Below, in pieces: positions 62,752-64,000 of a stretch of 64,000 bases of DNA. The DNA lies in contig CAVRNT010000001.1 in the NCBI GenBank assembly GCA_963722655.1, positions 313,808 to 377,807 on the forward strand, read 5' to 3'. The position numbers and the translations under genes were made by a program. This stretch comes from an uncultured bacterium (GTDB taxonomy: Bacteria > Patescibacteriota > Minisyncoccia > UBA6257 > GWB1-50-10). The notes under the pieces are model-generated. The model had not been told where the DNA came from, ran no database searches, and saw nothing but the letters and a program-made list of their open reading frames with translations. Within the stretch, counting starts at the first letter, position 1, and each line of letters starts with the position of its first letter.

Positions 62752-64000
62752 ATGGAGACTCCATTGACGGCTACCTCGGCAAAAGCAACCATACAACCAG
62801 GAAGGGTATTCAAAAGTATCGCTGACATCGATAAAGACACCGAGGAGTTTAAAAAAAAGATATTCGAAGCAACGGAGCAGCTTTCGAGTGCGCGGAATCA
62901 AACAACCTTGGATCATCCAGGCATGTTACTTGGAAAAATTCAGAGCGGTAAAACGCGTGCCTTCATACGTATTATTGGTTTAGCGTTCGACAACGAGTCT
63001 GATATTGCGGTTGTTTTGACTAAGGGTACCGTCGCATTAACCAACCAAACAGTGCGACGCCTCAATGAATCTTTCCGAACGGCCGTAGATAGGGATTGGG
63101 TTGAGGTCTGTGAAATAATGTCGCACCAAGGAGAATTTACACGTTATGAGCTTAAGAAAAAATTGATTATAGTCGCAAAAAAACAGAAGCAAAATCTCGA
63201 GCGCGTAATCGACCTTTTGACTCACAAACACCCAGAATTGAGCGAAAAACGTCTTTTGATAATCGATGATGAGGCAGATTATGCAAGCATTGGCTTTCGT
63301 AAATCAAAAAATGATGACGGAGAAGAAAAAATTGAAGCAACAAAAATCCCGACCCTCATCAACGAATTGAGGAGTCGCGTAAAGTCTTCGGATGTTTTAC
63401 AAGTTACGGCCACACCATATTCACTTTATCTTCAGCCGGGTAATTATAATCTGAGATCTTCGCCGGAATTTATTTTTAAACCGATTCGTCCTTTCTTCAC
63501 CACTGTATTGCCCACTTACCCCGGGTATATCGGGGGAAATTTTTACTTCGGCGAAAATGAGCACGGAGAACCCGTGGCTCCGTATGTCTACGAAGAAATA
63601 GATGAGCACGAGCTTGCGGACTTGAAGGCGAACCGCAAAACCGGCCATGCCGATGGAAGGTCCTTTCAATTATCGGAGATTTTAAACGTGCATAAAATTC
63701 CGATTCTCCGAAAAGCAATTCTTAACTTTATAGTTGGTTCCGCGATTCGTCGCGCACAGTAAATTCAAGTTGGCGAATGGCCAGAAAAATATTCTTTTAT
63801 CGTACACACCGACACTCATAAGCAAACTCACGCATGGCAAAAGAGTGTGGTTTTTCGATTAATCGCCGAGCTTGAAAATTTGGCCAAATCCGACAAAGTT
63901 AAACTCGCTGATTTCTTGCGAGAATCTTTAAAGGATTTGAACCTCTCCATTGGACAAATGAAGTTTCCCCTGCCCAATGAAGATGTCATTGGGAATGCGA
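62752..64000 (+). pseudogene. Z1-domain/SF2-ATPase-like protein with an in-frame TAA at 63760-63762 (runs off the window)
   Basis: GKIQSGKT, IIDDEADYAS, VTATPY; the same frame continues past the stop as IQVGEWPEKYSFIVHT...H to the window end; lower GC. Confidence 0.7.

Noticed and set aside
63760-63762. Stop-codon reassignment explaining the in-frame stop
   Set aside because: TAA, TAG and TGA all terminate conserved genes normally in this window, consistent with code 11.
1-64000. CRISPR array
   Set aside because: No run of identical 23-47 nt repeats with unique spacers was seen. The arrays at 40752 and 50988 have 6-7 nt cores at about 10 nt period, and no cas genes are present.

Overview
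Core chromosomal window of a Patescibacteria (CPR; Parcubacteria-like) bacterium using genetic code 11. The taxonomy is inferred from gene content and style: rpoA without alphaCTD, short alaS/aspS/hrcA/rplM, paired VirD4-like ATPases, an FtsA-like plus baseplate-J-like pair, and mostly leaderless genes. Housekeeping blocks are secDF, efp, mnmA, aspS, ndk, a glycerate kinase-ppsA-hydroxyacid dehydrogenase-enolase cluster, alaS, the infA-rpsI ribosomal/alpha operon, hrcA-grpE-dnaK-dnaJ, xseAB, nfo, parAB, relA/spoT, groESL, lemA-htpX, an ECF sigma/MacAB-like operon and dus. RNA genes are tRNA-Leu(CAA), tRNA-Ser(GGA) and a probable compact 6S RNA. The most notable observations are: (1) a four-gene membrane operon combining a membrane-anchored HEPN-like (RxxxxH) protein with two VirD4/HerA-like ATPases; (2) several families of short palindromic or helically phased repeats, some inserted in frame inside conserved genes (ppsA, a tRNA-binding protein, dnaJ, xseA); (3) an unassigned promoter-driven structured RNA between parA and parB; (4) a promoter-bearing tRNA-like gene with a 6-nt anticodon loop; (5) an AT-rich block within the tRNA-recognition domain of alaS; and (6) the start of a tRNA-Ser-anchored island whose Z1-domain gene carries an in-frame stop. 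All family assignments come from motif recognition by eye; no database searches were run.
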